From contig NC_081397.1 of the NCBI RefSeq assembly GCF_030684315.1, positions 9,114,001 to 9,178,000 on the forward strand: a stretch of DNA of 64,000 nt. The letters run 5' to 3'. Below are positions 13,775-27,907 of the stretch, in pieces. Position 1 is the stretch's first letter, and each line of letters starts with the position of its first letter. The DNA comes from Stegostoma tigrinum (taxonomy: Eukaryota). The notes under the pieces are model-generated. The model was given only the letters and a program-made list of their open reading frames with translations, searched no databases and was not told the DNA's origin. A program made the translations under genes and the position numbers.

Positions 13775-14300
13775 AAGAAGGAAAAAGAAACAAAATTAAC
13801 ATTCTGCGTCCAGTGACCTTTCTGCAGAATTGATGGTGGCTGGGAAAACGTCAGTTTATATGCTGATAAAAGGGGAGTGTGATGGGGTTTGGAATAAATG
13901 TTAGGATAGAGCCTAACAGAGAGAAGAACACTTGGACAGAGTCGATAACGATCAGGCTGGGATGTTGAATAGTAATTAATGGGAACTCTTAGCGGGTGGT
14001 GGATAATGGCAGGGTATGTGGTAACAAGGCCTTGTGAGGGGTAGAGTTTAGGCCCAAAAATATTGATCTCGATACTGGGTCTGGAGGGCTGCAGGGACCC
14101 AAGTGGAAGATGAGGTATTGTTCTAGCTTGTGTTGAGCTTCAATGGAACTCTACAGCAAGACAGAGACAGAGATGTTGGACTGGAAACGGGGTGGTGCAT
14201 TAAAGTGACAGGCAACAGGAAGTTCAAGGTCTTTTTTGCAAGCAGAACATAGATGTTGTGCAAAATGATTACCCAGTCTATGCTCTGTTTCACAACTGGG
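13775..14300 (-). mobile_element. Penelope-like element 3' fragment (GIY-YIG remnant)
   Basis: 'ETEHRLGNHFAQHLCSACKKDLELPVACHFN' is homologous to the endonuclease at 15860-16200. Confidence 0.65.
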
Positions 14301-15249
14301 TGTTTTAAGAGAATTTGGACAGTCTTTGTTACTGGGCAAGAATAATGCAGACATTTCAAAGAAAAAAATGCCAGCTGTGGACATCACTGACTGGTCTGAG
14401 CGTTGATTGACCCTCCTGAAATGCCCGTGAGAAGGTGGTAGTGAACTGCCTTCCTGAACCGTTGCAATCTCTGAGCTGCAGGTCGGCCCACATTGCCATT
14501 AGTAAGGGAATTGCAGGATTTTCACGGATTGGCACAGACTGAACGGCCAATATAATTCCAAGTCAGGATGGTGAGTGTCTTGGAGAAGATCTTGCAGTTC
14601 GTGCAGTTCCCATGAACCTGCTGCTGCTGTCTTTCAAGATGGAAGTAGTTGTGGGTTTGGTAGGTGCTATCTAATTTTATATTTGAGAGAGTGGATGTTT
14701 GTGAATGTGGTGCCAATTAACCAGGAGCAGCTTTTTCATGGATAGTACCTTGCTTGCCGTGTGCAGTTGGAGCTGCACTAATACAGGTAATGGGGGCTAC
14801 AGAGGGGAAACCTTTACATTCCTGACTTGAATGTTGGAGATTTTGGACAGGTTTGAGAAATCAGGAGGGAAGTTACTTGCTGCAGTATCCATAGCCTTGG
14901 CCCTGTTATTGTAGCCATTGCATTTATCGGATGAGTCCGGTTCAATTTGTCCTTCATAGTAGCTCCCAGGATGTTGACAGTGGAGGATACAATGATGCTG
15001 AGGCCCAAGCCAAAGGATGCCTTACTGCACGACTCTGTGACACAGTTTTACCCTCACACACACTGATCAGACTTGATATAGACTCCATCCACCCTAACAG
15101 CAAGGTCTATCACTACAACCCCCACTACAATCCCGAATCTCTCTGGTATTGGAGATAATGGGAACTGCAGATGCTGGAGAATTCCAAGATAATAAAATGT
15201 GAGGCTGGATGAACACAGCAGGCCAAGCAGCATCTCAGGAGCACAAAAG

Positions 15250-15281
15250 CTGACGTTTCGGGCCTAGACCCTTCATCAGAG
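15250..15281 (-). ncRNA. Minimal hammerhead-ribozyme motif (PLE terminus)
   Basis: Minus strand CUGAUGA-A-GGGU(CUAG)GCCC-GAAAC-GUC. Confidence 0.6.
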
Positions 15282-16553
15282 AGGGGGATGGGGAGAGGGT
15301 TCTGGAATAAATAGGGAGAGAGGGGGAGGCGGGCTGAAGATGGAGAGTAAAGAAGATCGGTGGAGAGAGTATAGGTGGGGAAGTACGGAGGGGATAGGTC
15401 AGTCCAGGGAAGACGGACAGGTCAAGGAGGTGGGATGAGGTTAGTAGGTAGATGGGGGTGCGGCTTGGGGTGGGAGGAAGGGATGGGTGAGAGGAAGAAC
15501 CGGTTAGGGAGGCAGAGACAGGTTGGACTGGTTTTGGGATGCAGTGGGTGGGGGGGAAGAGCTGGGCTGGTTGTGTGGTGCAGTGGGGGGAGGGGACGAA
15601 CTGGGCTGGTTTAGGGATGTAGTTGGGGAAGGGGAGATTTTGAAACTGGTGAAGTCCACATTGATCCCATTAGGCTGCAGGGTTCCCAGGTGGAATATGA
15701 GTTGCTGTTCCTGCAACCTTCGGGTGGCATCATTGTGGCAGTGCAGGAGGCCCATGATAGACATGTCATCTAAAGAATGGGAGGGGGAGTGGAAATGGTT
15801 TGTGACTGGGACGCAAGTGTAGCCCACACCTCCTCCCTCACCCCTATCCCAGGCCCCAAGATGACATTTCACATTAAGCAGAGGTTCACCTGCACATCTG
15901 CCAATGTGGTATATTGCATCCACTGTACCCGGTGCGGCTTCCTCTACATTGGGGAAACCAAGCGGAGGCTTGGAGACCGCCTTGCAGAACACCTCCGCTC
16001 AGTTTGCAACAAACAACTGCACCTCCCAGTCGCAAACCATTTCCACTCCCCCTCCCATTCTTTAGATGACATGTCCATCATGGGCCTCCTGCACTGCCAC
16101 AATGATGCCACCCGAAGGTTGCAGGAACAGCAACTCATATTCCGCTTGGGAACCCTGCAGCCATATGGTATCAATGTGGACTTCACCAGTTTCAAAATCT
16201 CCCCTTCCCCTACTGCATACCAAAACCAGCCCAGTTCATCCCCTCCCCCCACTGCACCACACAACCAGACCATCTCTTCCCCCCCACCCACTGCATCCCA
16301 AAACCAGTCCAACCTGCCTCTGCCTCCCTAACCGGTTCTCCCTCTCACCCATCCCTTCCTCCCACCCCAATCCGCACCCCCATCTACCTACTCACCTCAT
16401 CCCACCTCCTTGACCTGTCCGTCTTCCCTGGACTGACCTATCCCCTTCCTACCTCCCCACCTATACTCTCTCCACCTATCTTCTTTACTCTCCATCTTCG
16501 GCCCGCCTCCCCCTCTCTCCCTATTTATTCCAGTTCCCTCTCCCCATCCCCCT

Positions 16554-16585
16554 CTCTGATGAAGGGTCCAGGCCCGAAACGTCAG
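16554..16585 (+). ncRNA. Minimal hammerhead-ribozyme motif (PLE terminus)
   Basis: CUGAUGA-A-GGGU(CCAG)GCCC-GAAAC-GUC. Confidence 0.6.
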
Positions 16586-16984
16586 CTTTTGTGCTCCTGA
16601 GATGCTGCTTGGCCTGCTGTGTTCATCCAGCCTCACATTTTACTATCTTGGAATTCTCCAGCATCTGCAGTTCCCATTATCTCTGCTTTTAAAATTGTAT
16701 CAGTGATATCAGCTTTTGTGCTCCTGAGATGCTGCTTGGCCTGCTGTGTTCATCCAGCTTCATACTTTGTCATCTTGCTTTTAAAATATCCAGGTTTTAT
16801 TATCTTTGAATAGAAGTTTGAGTCTGCAGGTTTTCTGCCGGGCCTTGTGTTCACTGCGCTTGTGGAGAAAAGGTTTAGTTCCAGATCCAGTTGGGGGCGG
16901 CAGTCAGCTGTAGGCGGAGCTGGACATTTCTCTGTGTGTCACTCAGTTTTCTGCCCGGGTATCCTCTCACTCCCTGTCAGCTGT

Positions 16985-17017
16985 TTCTCAGTCAGGTCGG
17001 GGCGGGCTGTATAAAAA
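16985..17017 (+). promoter_or_regulatory. H4 promoter: site II-like element, GC box, TATA
   Basis: TCAGTCAGGTCG 16988-16999 (compare TCANNNNGGTCC), GGGCGG, TATAAAAA 17010-17017. Confidence 0.75.
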
Positions 17018-17063
17018 TGGAAGGCGAGGCAGCTCGGCTCTCACTCGGCAGCGATTGGAGTGA

Positions 17064-17384
<321 letters not shown>

Positions 17385-17414
17385 GCAAATCAACCCTTTT
17401 CCAGCGAACCCAAA

Positions 17415-17430
17415 GGCTCTTTTCAGAGCC
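17415..17430 (+). terminator. Histone 3' stem-loop (H4)
   Basis: GGCTCTTTTCAGAGCC flanked by CCAAA/ACCCA; purine-rich GAGAG downstream element. Confidence 0.97.
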
Positions 17431-17794
17431 ACCCAAACCCTCCGCCTGAGAGCGGAGACCTGAGAATGGGGAACCAGCACATTGGGCTGGTGCAGCGACT
17501 TTTAATTTTGCACCAAGCCTTTAGGAAATATATTAACTTCGTGTCCCGCGTTGCAAGAGAGAGAGCAAGATTGTTAAATTATACTGTCTGCAGTAACGTG
17601 TTTTATAATCAAGATATCCCTGCACTACAGATAGAGGTTTCACGGCCAGTCGATACGATACGGTTCTGCAGCTGGTTATGTCAGATACAGAAGGAGCGGC
17701 CGGCTCCGTCATGCGACCATGGCTGATCTGTTTCTCAACCCTAAATCTTTGATTCTCTTCCATGTGAATACCAGTCTATCAGTAATAACACCAG

Positions 17795-17912
17795 TGATAA
17801 TGGGAACTGCAGATGCTGGAGAATCCAAGATAATAAAATGTGAGGATGGATGAACACAGCAGCATCTCAGGAGCACAAAAGCTGACGTTTCGGGCCTAGA
17901 CCCTTCATCAGA
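17795..17912 (-). mobile_element. PLE terminal fragment with intact hammerhead core, between H4 and H3
   Basis: Matches 15152-15281; core at 17882-17911. Confidence 0.8.
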
Positions 17913-18246
17913 ATAACAACACCAGCTGTCCATACCATGAATAATAATTTGCTCTGTCCGTAACTTTGGGCCCAGGCGCTAATGATATATACTACAGTGT
18001 TTGTACTTCATTGACGCTCCCAGGAATGATAATTTGTTCAGTTTTGATTCTGGTAGCCGTGCCGAGGTTTTAGTGGCGTGTTCATTCCACCTGCCTGTTA
18101 GAGATGGTCAGGAAATGATTCAGAGCCCACTCCGCGCTGACTGCAAGTTAGGTTCACAAGAAAATTTTGTAAAGCATAAGATATCATCTTAGGCGCAGGC
18201 GCATGGGACTTTGCTTTTTAATATTATGTAAGCTCAGGCTGAAATC

Positions 18247-18411
18247 GGCGGGCGATTTGAAATTGACCAACTGTCATTTGAAGTTAACCAATCAGTCTCC
18301 AATAATTATTTTACTGCCTTTTCTGTCCTTCAGTGGCTGTTTCTCGGGGATTTGAGGGACGGGACTGTATCCAATCCCAGCTCTTGGGCGGGCTCTCCAT
18401 TCCCTTAAATA
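18247..18411 (+). promoter_or_regulatory. H3 promoter: CDE/CHR-like element, 3 CCAAT boxes, TATA-like
   Basis: GGCGG-N4-TTTGAA 18247-18261; CCAAT at 18288, 18299, 18371; TTAAATA 18405-18411. Confidence 0.75.
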
Positions 18412-18442
18412 GGCAGCGCCGCAGCACGATCAGCATTGATAG

Positions 18443-18880
<438 letters not shown>

Positions 18881-18924
18881 ACGGAGCGTGCCCGGCCCTG
18901 TACATTGACCCCGAGAAACACAAC

Positions 18925-18940
18925 GGCTCTTTTCAGAGCC
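18925..18940 (+). terminator. Histone 3' stem-loop (H3)
   Basis: GGCTCTTTTCAGAGCC; downstream GAGAGAG. Confidence 0.97.
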
Positions 18941-19641
18941 ACTAAACTGTCCCGAGAGAGCAGCAATCGTCAGGCACTGGACTTTAGTTAATGTCAACAC
19001 ACAGCATGCTATTGATGTCTCAATGCAACAGGACTTACAGAAAATGAATGGGTCTGGGATGCACGAATTGATATTGAAGACGAGGCAACTCGGGACAATC
19101 AGGTTTATAAATTTTCAGTAATCACAACAAATTCAAGTACTGCATTCCAACCTTTATAATTGATACATTTCCAATTGGACCGCCTGTGTGGGAATTGCTT
19201 CCCGTGGCGTTTCGCCAGCTGTAACTGAACTTGCCGCAGAAGGAGGGTGGGAAACAATCGCCAATTTCAAAACCCGCCACATTACACAAATGATTTTTGT
19301 AGTTTTGGCCATGCAATCGAAATTTTGCCCAATCTCCCACAAGTGTATTCGATCCTCTGAGGATGGTCGGTTCTGTCTCGCATGGCATCTTTCTGGGGCC
19401 GAGCTATTCCATGTCTCATGTTCCCTGGATGGGGATACCGCTTTGAGTCACTATTTAAAGTCGCAGTCGCTGTCCCTGCAGCAAACCCTCCAACTTTATT
19501 CGTCCCGTTCTAGTTTTATCACTGTTAAAGCGAAAACAAAAGGGATGATTTTTGCGCGTTTAGAGGACCGTGTTTGCACATAAAATGAAAATTAGTTAGC
19601 CAGCAGTGAAAGTCTAGCTGCTTTTCACTGATATTGTGGGT

Positions 19642-19657
19642 GGCTCTTAAAAGAGCC
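19642..19657 (-). terminator. Histone 3' stem-loop (H2A)
   Basis: Reverse complement GGCTCTTTTAAGAGCC-ACCCA. Confidence 0.96.
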
Positions 19658-19685
19658 TTTGGGTTGTCAGATTCAAGAAGTGTCT

Positions 19686-20335
<650 letters not shown>

Positions 20336-21928
20336 TCGAAATGGGTAGAAGTTTTACAAAGAAGAATGCGTTCTTACTTCGGATAATTTACTTTTAGAAT
20401 ACTCCTATATACGTCACACCATCTCTCTCTGATTTCCCGGCCTAGTTGAAACCAACTATTTTTGATCTTGAATTCCCCCCACCCCGCGAAAAAACTTAAC
20501 ATTAAGCGGAAGGGGGAAAGAAAAGCCCGCCGAAAGTTATTCTCTGCACAGATAGAATTTAATTCACATCTACACCCGGATATAATAATCAAAGTATCAC
20601 ACAACTGTTTCTTTCTCGTTGAACTCAATACTGCTTTAAACAATATTTTACAATCTCGCTCCCTATTGCACAAGATCAACAATATTTCCACTTTTGTGAT
20701 GCCAGTCCGGCAGCTGTTCTGCTTTTATCTCAGTTCACTTGGAAATTTTCCCGCCGACTGCAGAAAGCCTCATTTCCAGCTTTCTGAAAAACCGGATAGA
20801 ACCCGCGGGGAGATTTGAAAATAAAACAAAATTCCTCTGCGTGAAAACCGTAGGAAAATACCGGCGCCAAATCATCAACCGTTTTCTGTCCGATTTGAAA
20901 AGCCCGCCAATATGGGCAATACGAGGAAGAGGTTTTACAAGGATTTTTGCGTTAATGCTTACGATTTAATTTCCTTTCAGTTAAAAATGTTCACTTCACA
21001 TAATCTCTCTCTGTCACTCCCGAAGCAACACCGTTTTCCGAAAACATTGTAAAATAGCCCTCACTTATTGTGCTGGATCAGTCTTTCCGGACGGTCTCGG
21101 TTCATTTTGAAAGCCTCTCACCGACAGCAAAAAGCCCCACACACTGCAAACTGAAAAAAAAAAATCGGAAAAATTCCCTGACAATTTGGAAATTGAAAAA
21201 GGAATCGCGCGGCATTTCTCTTAATGGGACTCAAATAAGAGATCATAATTTTTCATTGCCACGGGTGAAATCCAGCGTTCATACCCCCATTGGGACAAAT
21301 TTGAAAAACCCTCCAACATGTAGGATATAGGGGGAAAAGTTTCACAAAGAGGAATAAACAGTTTAATTTTTCTTTGAATTTAGTTCACTTTCACATTACA
21401 AGTGCACGCTGATGTATTTATAAAAACTTACACAAAGTTTTTCGGGGTGAACGGGTTAAAACTTGAAACAATAGTTTGAAGTTGCCCTCCCATATTCTCC
21501 TTGAACACAGTTTCACACTTGCGACTGCAATCCTGGCTCGGGCTTTATCTCAGCTCATTTTGAAAGCCTCTCACCGACAGCTGATATCCTCAATGACAAG
21601 TATCCCCCAACATCTGTTCGTGGGACTCGAGCAGTTAGTTTTCTTTCCAGGGGGTGAAATTCCTGATCAAGGGGTAAATAATAACTGGAACACAAAGGAG
21701 TTGTTGAAAAAAAAATGCCTGAGTGACGATGAATGTGCTTTCTGTACAGGGAGGGAGGAGAGACTGGGTAGGAAGGCAACCGAAACTAACCGACAGAGGG
21801 ACAGGGACCGCACGTTAATGTTTAGAACGTTTGTGTAAACAAAGATAAAGATTAGGGACATTAATTATAGACACCGAGAATCATTTACAAACGTAAAATG
21901 GTTCAACTGCTTCATTGAAATTGTGGGT

Positions 21929-21944
21929 GGCTCTGAAAAGAGCC
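21929..21944 (-). terminator. Histone 3' stem-loop (H2B)
   Basis: Reverse complement GGCTCTTTTCAGAGCC-ACCCA. Confidence 0.96.
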
Positions 21945-21987
21945 GTTGGGTTTTGGATGTGTGTTTTTCTCAGCACAATGTGGGGTC

Positions 21988-22368
21988 TCACTTGGAGCTG
22001 GTGTACTTGGTCACCGCCTTTGTACCCTCCGACACGGCGTGCTTGGCCAGCTCCCCAGGCAGCAGCAGCCGCACCGCGGTCTGGATCTCCCGGGAGCTGA
22101 TGGTCCTGCGCTTGTTGTAATGGGCCAGGCGGGAAGCCTCCCCTGCGATACGCTCGAAAATATCCTTGACGAACGAGTTCATGATGCTCATCGCCTTGGA
22201 GGAGATGCCGGTGTCGGGGTGAACCTGCTTCATCACTTTATAGATGTAGATGGCGTAACTTTCTTTCCTGGATCGTTTCTTTGTCTTGCCGCCTTTCCCC
22301 GGCGCCTTCTTGATGATTTTCTTGGCGCCCTTCTTGGAAGTTGCCTGCGCTTTCTTCTCATCCGGCAT
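21988..22368 (-). CDS. H2B: Histone H2B
   Basis: [17 protein letters not shown]...RSRKESY...[12 protein letters not shown], 126 aa. Confidence 0.98.
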   Translation of the reverse strand: MPDEKKAQATSKKGAKKIIKKAPGKGGKTKKRSRKESYAIYIYKVMKQVHPDTGISSKAMSIMNSFVKDIFERIAGEASRLAHYNKRRTISSREIQTAVRLLLPGELAKHAVSEGTKAVTKYTSSK

Positions 22369-22418
22369 CGTGTCGGTCGCTTTCAGATACAATAAACGGA
22401 AGCAGGCTCGGAGCTCGC

Positions 22419-22535
22419 TTTTTATACGCTGCTGGCGTCAGCAATGCTCATGAGGGATGGGGGAAAAGTCTTGTTCCTGATTGGGTAGTTTACAAGAATG
22501 TCAGACCATGCGATTAGCCTTTCTGTGATTGGTTA
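22419..22535 (-). promoter_or_regulatory. H2B promoter: TATA, variant octamer, CCAAT boxes
   Basis: TATAAAAA 22419-22426; CTCATGAGCAT at the octamer position 22444-22454; CCAAT at ~22480 and ~22528. Confidence 0.7.
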
Positions 22536-23294
22536 GTGTGAAACACAAAGTGGATCTGTTCGGATCTGCAACGAAATGTGAAACACAAACCGAAATTTTG
22601 TACACGGACCAAATTCCTAGCTCCTTGCAGTTGAACTTGTTCCTGTCATCCACTAACATTTTGAACACTACCTCCGAGATTTTAATTGTGACAGGGTGTT
22701 TTATTCTGCTCATAGTAATCTTTTGTGAGTGAAATGTTACCTTGTTTCATCACTAGCTGAGATTTCCTTATTCGGCTGTGGGCAGGATTGTATTGTTCAG
22801 ACATTCGGGTTTATTGAGGGACACTTTGCCGAATATCTGTCAGTCTCTGCATTATGAGAATGGGAGTGCAGTTCTCGATCTGTCCCTGTCTGTTTAGGCA
22901 GTATGAATGATGATTATTCTCTCATAAATCAGTCCCCGTCATACAGTCCGAGAGATGTACAGGGTCCACCTCGTCCATGGAGAGCACATATCCGAGATTA
23001 ATCTAGTTCCATTTACTAGCATTTGGTCCATATCCCACGAAACACTTCCTATTCATATACTCATCCACATGCCTTTAAAACGTTGTAGTTGTAAGAGCCT
23101 CCAGCACTTCTTTTGGCATTCAACCCATTCACACACCACTCTGTGTGCAAATATTGCACACCTTTGGTTCATTTTAAGACTTTCCCAGTCACTTAAACCC
23201 ATCCCCTCTCATTTTGCATTCTTCTATCCTGGGGAAAAGATCTTGATTATGCACCCTTTCCACACCACTAAATTTTATAAACACAGCCTCCAAC

Positions 23295-25035
23295 ACTCCA
23301 GGCACGGTTTCATCAAGGGGAAGTCATGCCTGGCAAATCTGCTTAAATCCTTTAAGGAAGTAACAAGCAGGGTAGACCAAGGAGAGCCAATGGATGTTAT
23401 CTACCTGGGCTTCGAAAAGCCCCTTGGCAAGCTGCCGCACAGGAGGCTGTTGAGTAACATAAGGGCCCATGGTGCTAGCATGGATAGAAGATTGGCTGCC
23501 TGGCAGAAAGCAGAGAGTGGGGATAAAAGGCATGCTTTATACATTAATGATCTGGATGAAGGAACTGTTTGCATTCTGACTACATTTGCAGATGATACAA
23601 CAATAGGTAGAGTGACAGGTAGTATTGAGGTGCTGAGGCTGCACTATGAAATGGACAGGTTAGGTGAGTGGGCAAAGAAGTGGTAGATGGAGTACAATGT
23701 GGGAAAGTGTGAGGTCATGCACTTGGCTAAGGAGAATAAAAGCATGAGAGATAATGATAACTGCAGATGCTGGAGAATCCGAGATTAAAAAAAAAGTGTG
23801 GAGCTGGATGAACACAGCAGGCCAAACAGCATCTCAGGAGCACAAAAGCTGACGTTTCGGGCCGAGACCCTTGATCAGAAATGTGGGAGGGGGAAGAGGG
23901 CTCTGAAATAAATAGGGACAGACTGGGAGGTGGATCAAAGATGGATAGAGGAGGAGGTAGGTGGAGGGGAATCTAGAGTTGCAGTGGTGTAGAGATCCCC
24001 TGAGGTTTGTCCGGATTCTCCAGCATCTGCAGTCACCATTATCTCTGATACAATTTTAACTTCACTGCAAAGCGTCTTCCAGGGATGCCTGACCTGAAGA
24101 AGTTACCATCCTCCCTCCAGAATAAAAGCATAGACTCTTTTCTAAATGGGCAGAAAATTCAGAAGTCTTGCGTACAAAGAGACTTGGGAGTTCAACTCCA
24201 GGAATCTCTCACGGTAAACTCACAGTTTGAGTCAGTAGTCAGGAAGGCAACTGCAATACTGGCATTTATTTTGCCAGGACTTCAAGGCAGAGATTAACAA
24301 ATTCTTGATCTCACAAGGAATCAAGGGCTACAGGGAGAGTGCAGGGAAGTGGAGTTGAAATGCCCAGCCTTGATTTAAATGGTGGAATGGGCTTGATGGG
24401 CCGAATGGCCTTACTTCCACTCCTATGACTTATGGTCTTGAAGATGTTTAAAAAAAAAGGATGTGCTTATGAGGCTTTGGAAGACTCGAGTCAGGCCACA
24501 TTTGAAGTAGCATGTGCAGTTTTGGGCCCCATATCTCAGGAAGGATGTACTGCCCCTGGAGCAGGTTCAGAGGAGGTTCACGGGAATGGTCCCAGGAATG
24601 AAAAGCTGAACATATGAGCAATGTTGAGGATTCTGGGACTGTACTCTTTGGAGTTTAGAAGGATGATAATCAAAACTTAGACTACTGAATGCCTGGACAG
24701 AGTGGATGTTGGGAAGATCCTTCCATTGGTAGGAGAGACTAGGACCCAAGGGCACAGCCTTCAAGTAAACGGAAGACATTTTAGAACAGAGATAAGGAGA
24801 AACTTCTTCAGCCAGAGAGTGCTGAATCAATGGAATTCACTGCCACAGAAGGCTGTGGAGGCCGGGTTATTGTGTACATTTAAGGGTGAGATAGATAGGT
24901 TTTTGATTATCAAGGGGATCAAGGTTATGGGAAGAAGGCAGGAGAATTGGCTAAAGGAACATCTCAGTCATGATTGAATGGCGGAGCAGACTTGATGGGC
25001 CAAATAGCCTGATTTCGGCTCCTACGTCTTATGGT
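23295..25035 (+). mobile_element. CR1 LINE ORF2 plus 3' end (degenerate), interrupted by insertions
   Basis: 'HGFIKGKSCLANLL', 'YINDLDEG...FADDT', 'RRNFFSQRVLNQWNSLP'. Confidence 0.85.
23746..24118. mobile_element. PLE-derived fold-back insertion inside CR1
   Basis: PLE termini in both orientations; 13-bp target duplication AGAATAAAAGCAT at 23733-23745 and 24119-24131. Confidence 0.8.
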
Positions 25036-25039
25036 CATA

Positions 25040-26085
25040 TAGTAATACAGTACGGACACAGGCCCTTCCACCCAAACTGGTTCATGATGACCGTGGTGCC
25101 CACTCAGCTGGATCCAACTGCCCACATTATATCCCTCTACATCCTTCCCATCCATGTACATGTTCATTTTTTTTTAAGTGTTGATATTGTGCCTGCCTCA
25201 ACAACTTTCTCTGGCAGCTGATTCCACACGTGCTCCACTCTCTCTGTGAAGTTGGCACCCCTCAGGTCCTTCCTAAATTCTTGCCCCCTCTCACCTGAAA
25301 CCTGTGCCCTCTAGTTTTCAATTCCTCATCTGTGGGGGAAAAAAAACAAACATGATATGCATTTATCCGACCTATGGTGCTCATGATTTTATACATCTGA
25401 ATAAGGTCACACTTCATTCTCCTACGGTCCAAGAAATAAAGTCCTACCCTGGCCAACATCTCACCATAACCCAGGACCACTAGTCCTGCATAAATTTTCT
25501 TTGAACGCTTTCTAGTTGAACTCGGTCTTTTTTACAACAGGGTGACCAAAACTGTACACAATACTCCATGTCTATTCAAAATGCCTCGATCAATGAAGGC
25601 CAGCATGCTGAATTCCTTCTTCAGCACCCTATCCACCTGTGACACTGCTTTAAACATACTACGTACCTGTACTCCTTGGACCCTCTGTACCACATCACTA
25701 CTCAGGACGTTACCATTTGCTGTAAAAGGCTTACTGTAGTTTGACATTCCAAAGTACAACACCTCACACTTATCTCCATTGAATTGCATTTTCCCATCCT
25801 TAGCCCACTTCCCCATCTGATTAAGATCCCTCTGTAATTTTCGATAACCTTCCCCACTATGAACGATACTGCCTAACATTGCATCATCTGTAAACTTACT
25901 AATCATGCTTTGCACATTCACATCCAGATCATTTATGTCAATAACAAATAACAAAGGTCCCAGCACCAATCCCTGTGGCACACCACAAGTCACAGGCCTC
26001 CAGTCCGAGAAAGAATCTTCAACTGTCACCCTCTGCTTTGTACCATCAAGCCAATTTTGAATCCAATGAGCTAGCTTTCCCTGTT
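25040..26085 (-). mobile_element. CR1 LINE RT and 3' end
   Basis: '[21 protein letters not shown]...SKFTDD'. Confidence 0.85.
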
Positions 26086-26815
26086 CAAGTGAGCCACAAC
26101 ACACTGCAGCATCCCGGAGTTTCATAAAGCCAAGGAAGAACACTGATAGTGTCTTTAGAAATGACAGTTACTCAAAATGCATTGTTCGCAGATGCTACAC
26201 AACTGATGGCAACAGGAAGACACAACACATCCAGTGATAGTAGTCACCAGACTATGCACTGAGGGTGTGAAATAACCACCAGGTTACACTACCACGTAAG
26301 AATCATGATAGCCCACGAACTGACAGCCGCTGTTGAGAATGAAGGATCCAACATTCACAATTAGCAGAACCAATGCGATTTACAAGATACCATGCAAATA
26401 CTGCCATAAATCTTACCCAAGGCAAACCGGGAGAAAACCCGCCATCAGGATTCATGGACATCAACTCGCTGCCAAAAGTCATGGCCAACTATCACTCACC
26501 TTAATGCGCATGGATAAAGAGGGACACCTGTTTGACTGGGACAAGGTAGCCATCAGAAGACATCCCAACCAAAGACATGCACGAGAGTTCAAACTAGAGC
26601 TCCATTAACAAACATGGCCAGCTGGACACCACACACCAACCACTAAGAAACCAATCTGGAAGTGTTGCTCACCACCCCAGCAAAGTGAGGCACATAAATA
26701 GCAAGAAGGACAGAATACCAACGTTTCATTCACGGTGCACTGATGATGTTATGTCGTATGGTGATGAAATGTCTGTGAACAAACTTACAAGCTCAGTGAG
26801 CAAGTCAACAGCATC
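26085..26815 (+). mobile_element. Second-family Penelope-like element 3' fragment (GIY-YIG plus hammerhead-like terminus)
   Basis: 'NAIYKIPCKYCHKSYPRQTGRKPAIRIHGHQ'; CTGATGA...GAAATGTC at ~26740-26773. Confidence 0.7.
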
Positions 26816-26839
26816 GTATTTAATGAACTGACCCTGACA

Positions 26840-27540
26840 TTACCTGCAAGGCAAGTGTGAAAGTAATTATCAACATGTATCTGTCAATTTCCGCAATTTA
26901 ACTGTCACTGTGATCAAACTCTGTCAGTTTCCGCTTGGTGGCCATGTGAGTACAGTTATCAATAAGGACGTTTCAGATTCCGCTCTGTGAATGAGAGTAA
27001 TTATCAAACTGTACATGTCAGTCAGTTTATGCTGTGTGTAACTGGGAAGGCTGATTCCAGCATCTGCAGTTCTCGCTATGTTCAAGGTTGTTATCAATCT
27101 GTTCCTGTCAAGTTCGTCCATTTGGATATGTGCATGAAAGCAACATGCACCTATCATTTGCTTCTCTGTCAATTTGAGCGTCCAGTTACCAAGATGTACC
27201 TGTGAGAACCTACTCTGAATATTTGAGTACAGTCAGCAATCCGTGCCTGTCTCTCTGTGGATTTGTGATTGCAGTTCTAAGTTTGTAGCTGTCACTTGAT
27301 GCTCTGTGAAATTGGGAGTGTTATCATCAATATATTCCTGCCAGTTTCAGTCTCTGTGAAAGCGAGTACATCAATGAATATATGCATGATAGTTTCTATT
27401 ATGTGACGATGTGAACATTTTTAATCAACCTTTTACTTGCAGTTTCTGAAGTATCAATATGGTCAAATACTATTTTTTTCGTCTGACCCTACAATACGAA
27501 TGTGTGAGGTTAGGTATCCATGCGTACTGGTCACTTTCTA
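26840..27540. repeat. Degenerate ~49-bp tandem repeat array
   Basis: Same unit as 9060-10720. Confidence 0.7.
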
Positions 27541-27907
27541 CTCCTTAAAGTGGATTAGGTTTCAGGCAGCCAAAAATATTATCCGTGGAAGCGTGATTCA
27601 TTATGTGGAGTTGATATCAGAGTAATTCTATGCAGATTTTCTTCAAGTCCTGAGGGTATACTTTGGATAAGGATTCAGTCTACCCATCTTCAAAAATGGT
27701 GTAAATGTCAATGGGTTATGTTAGGTGAAATCTGTTTGAACTGGGTATTTTGAATGGAGAGAGAAGCAAAATAAAGTGGCATTCCTCCGTGTTGTTTTAT
27801 TGTCGGTTTGAACGTGTCTGACTGGAAATTAAAGTTCAACGGTGTCTGACTCAATCTGCTCCGTGACTGTGGAAAGGATGTTCTCTGCTGTGACAGTGGG
27901 AACATAC

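Larger units (their letters stand above)
15152..16683 (+). mobile_element. Penelope-like retroelement 3' portion with inverted terminal duplication (fold-back)
   Basis: GIY-YIG ORF 'FTCTSANVVYCIHCTRCGFLYIGETKRRLGDRLAEH'. Segment 15152-15811 is an inverted copy of 16024-16683. Confidence 0.9.

Noticed and set aside
15777-16331. GIY-YIG ORF as a host nuclease gene
   Set aside because: It lies inside a 5'-truncated Penelope-like fold-back with no RT or promoter.
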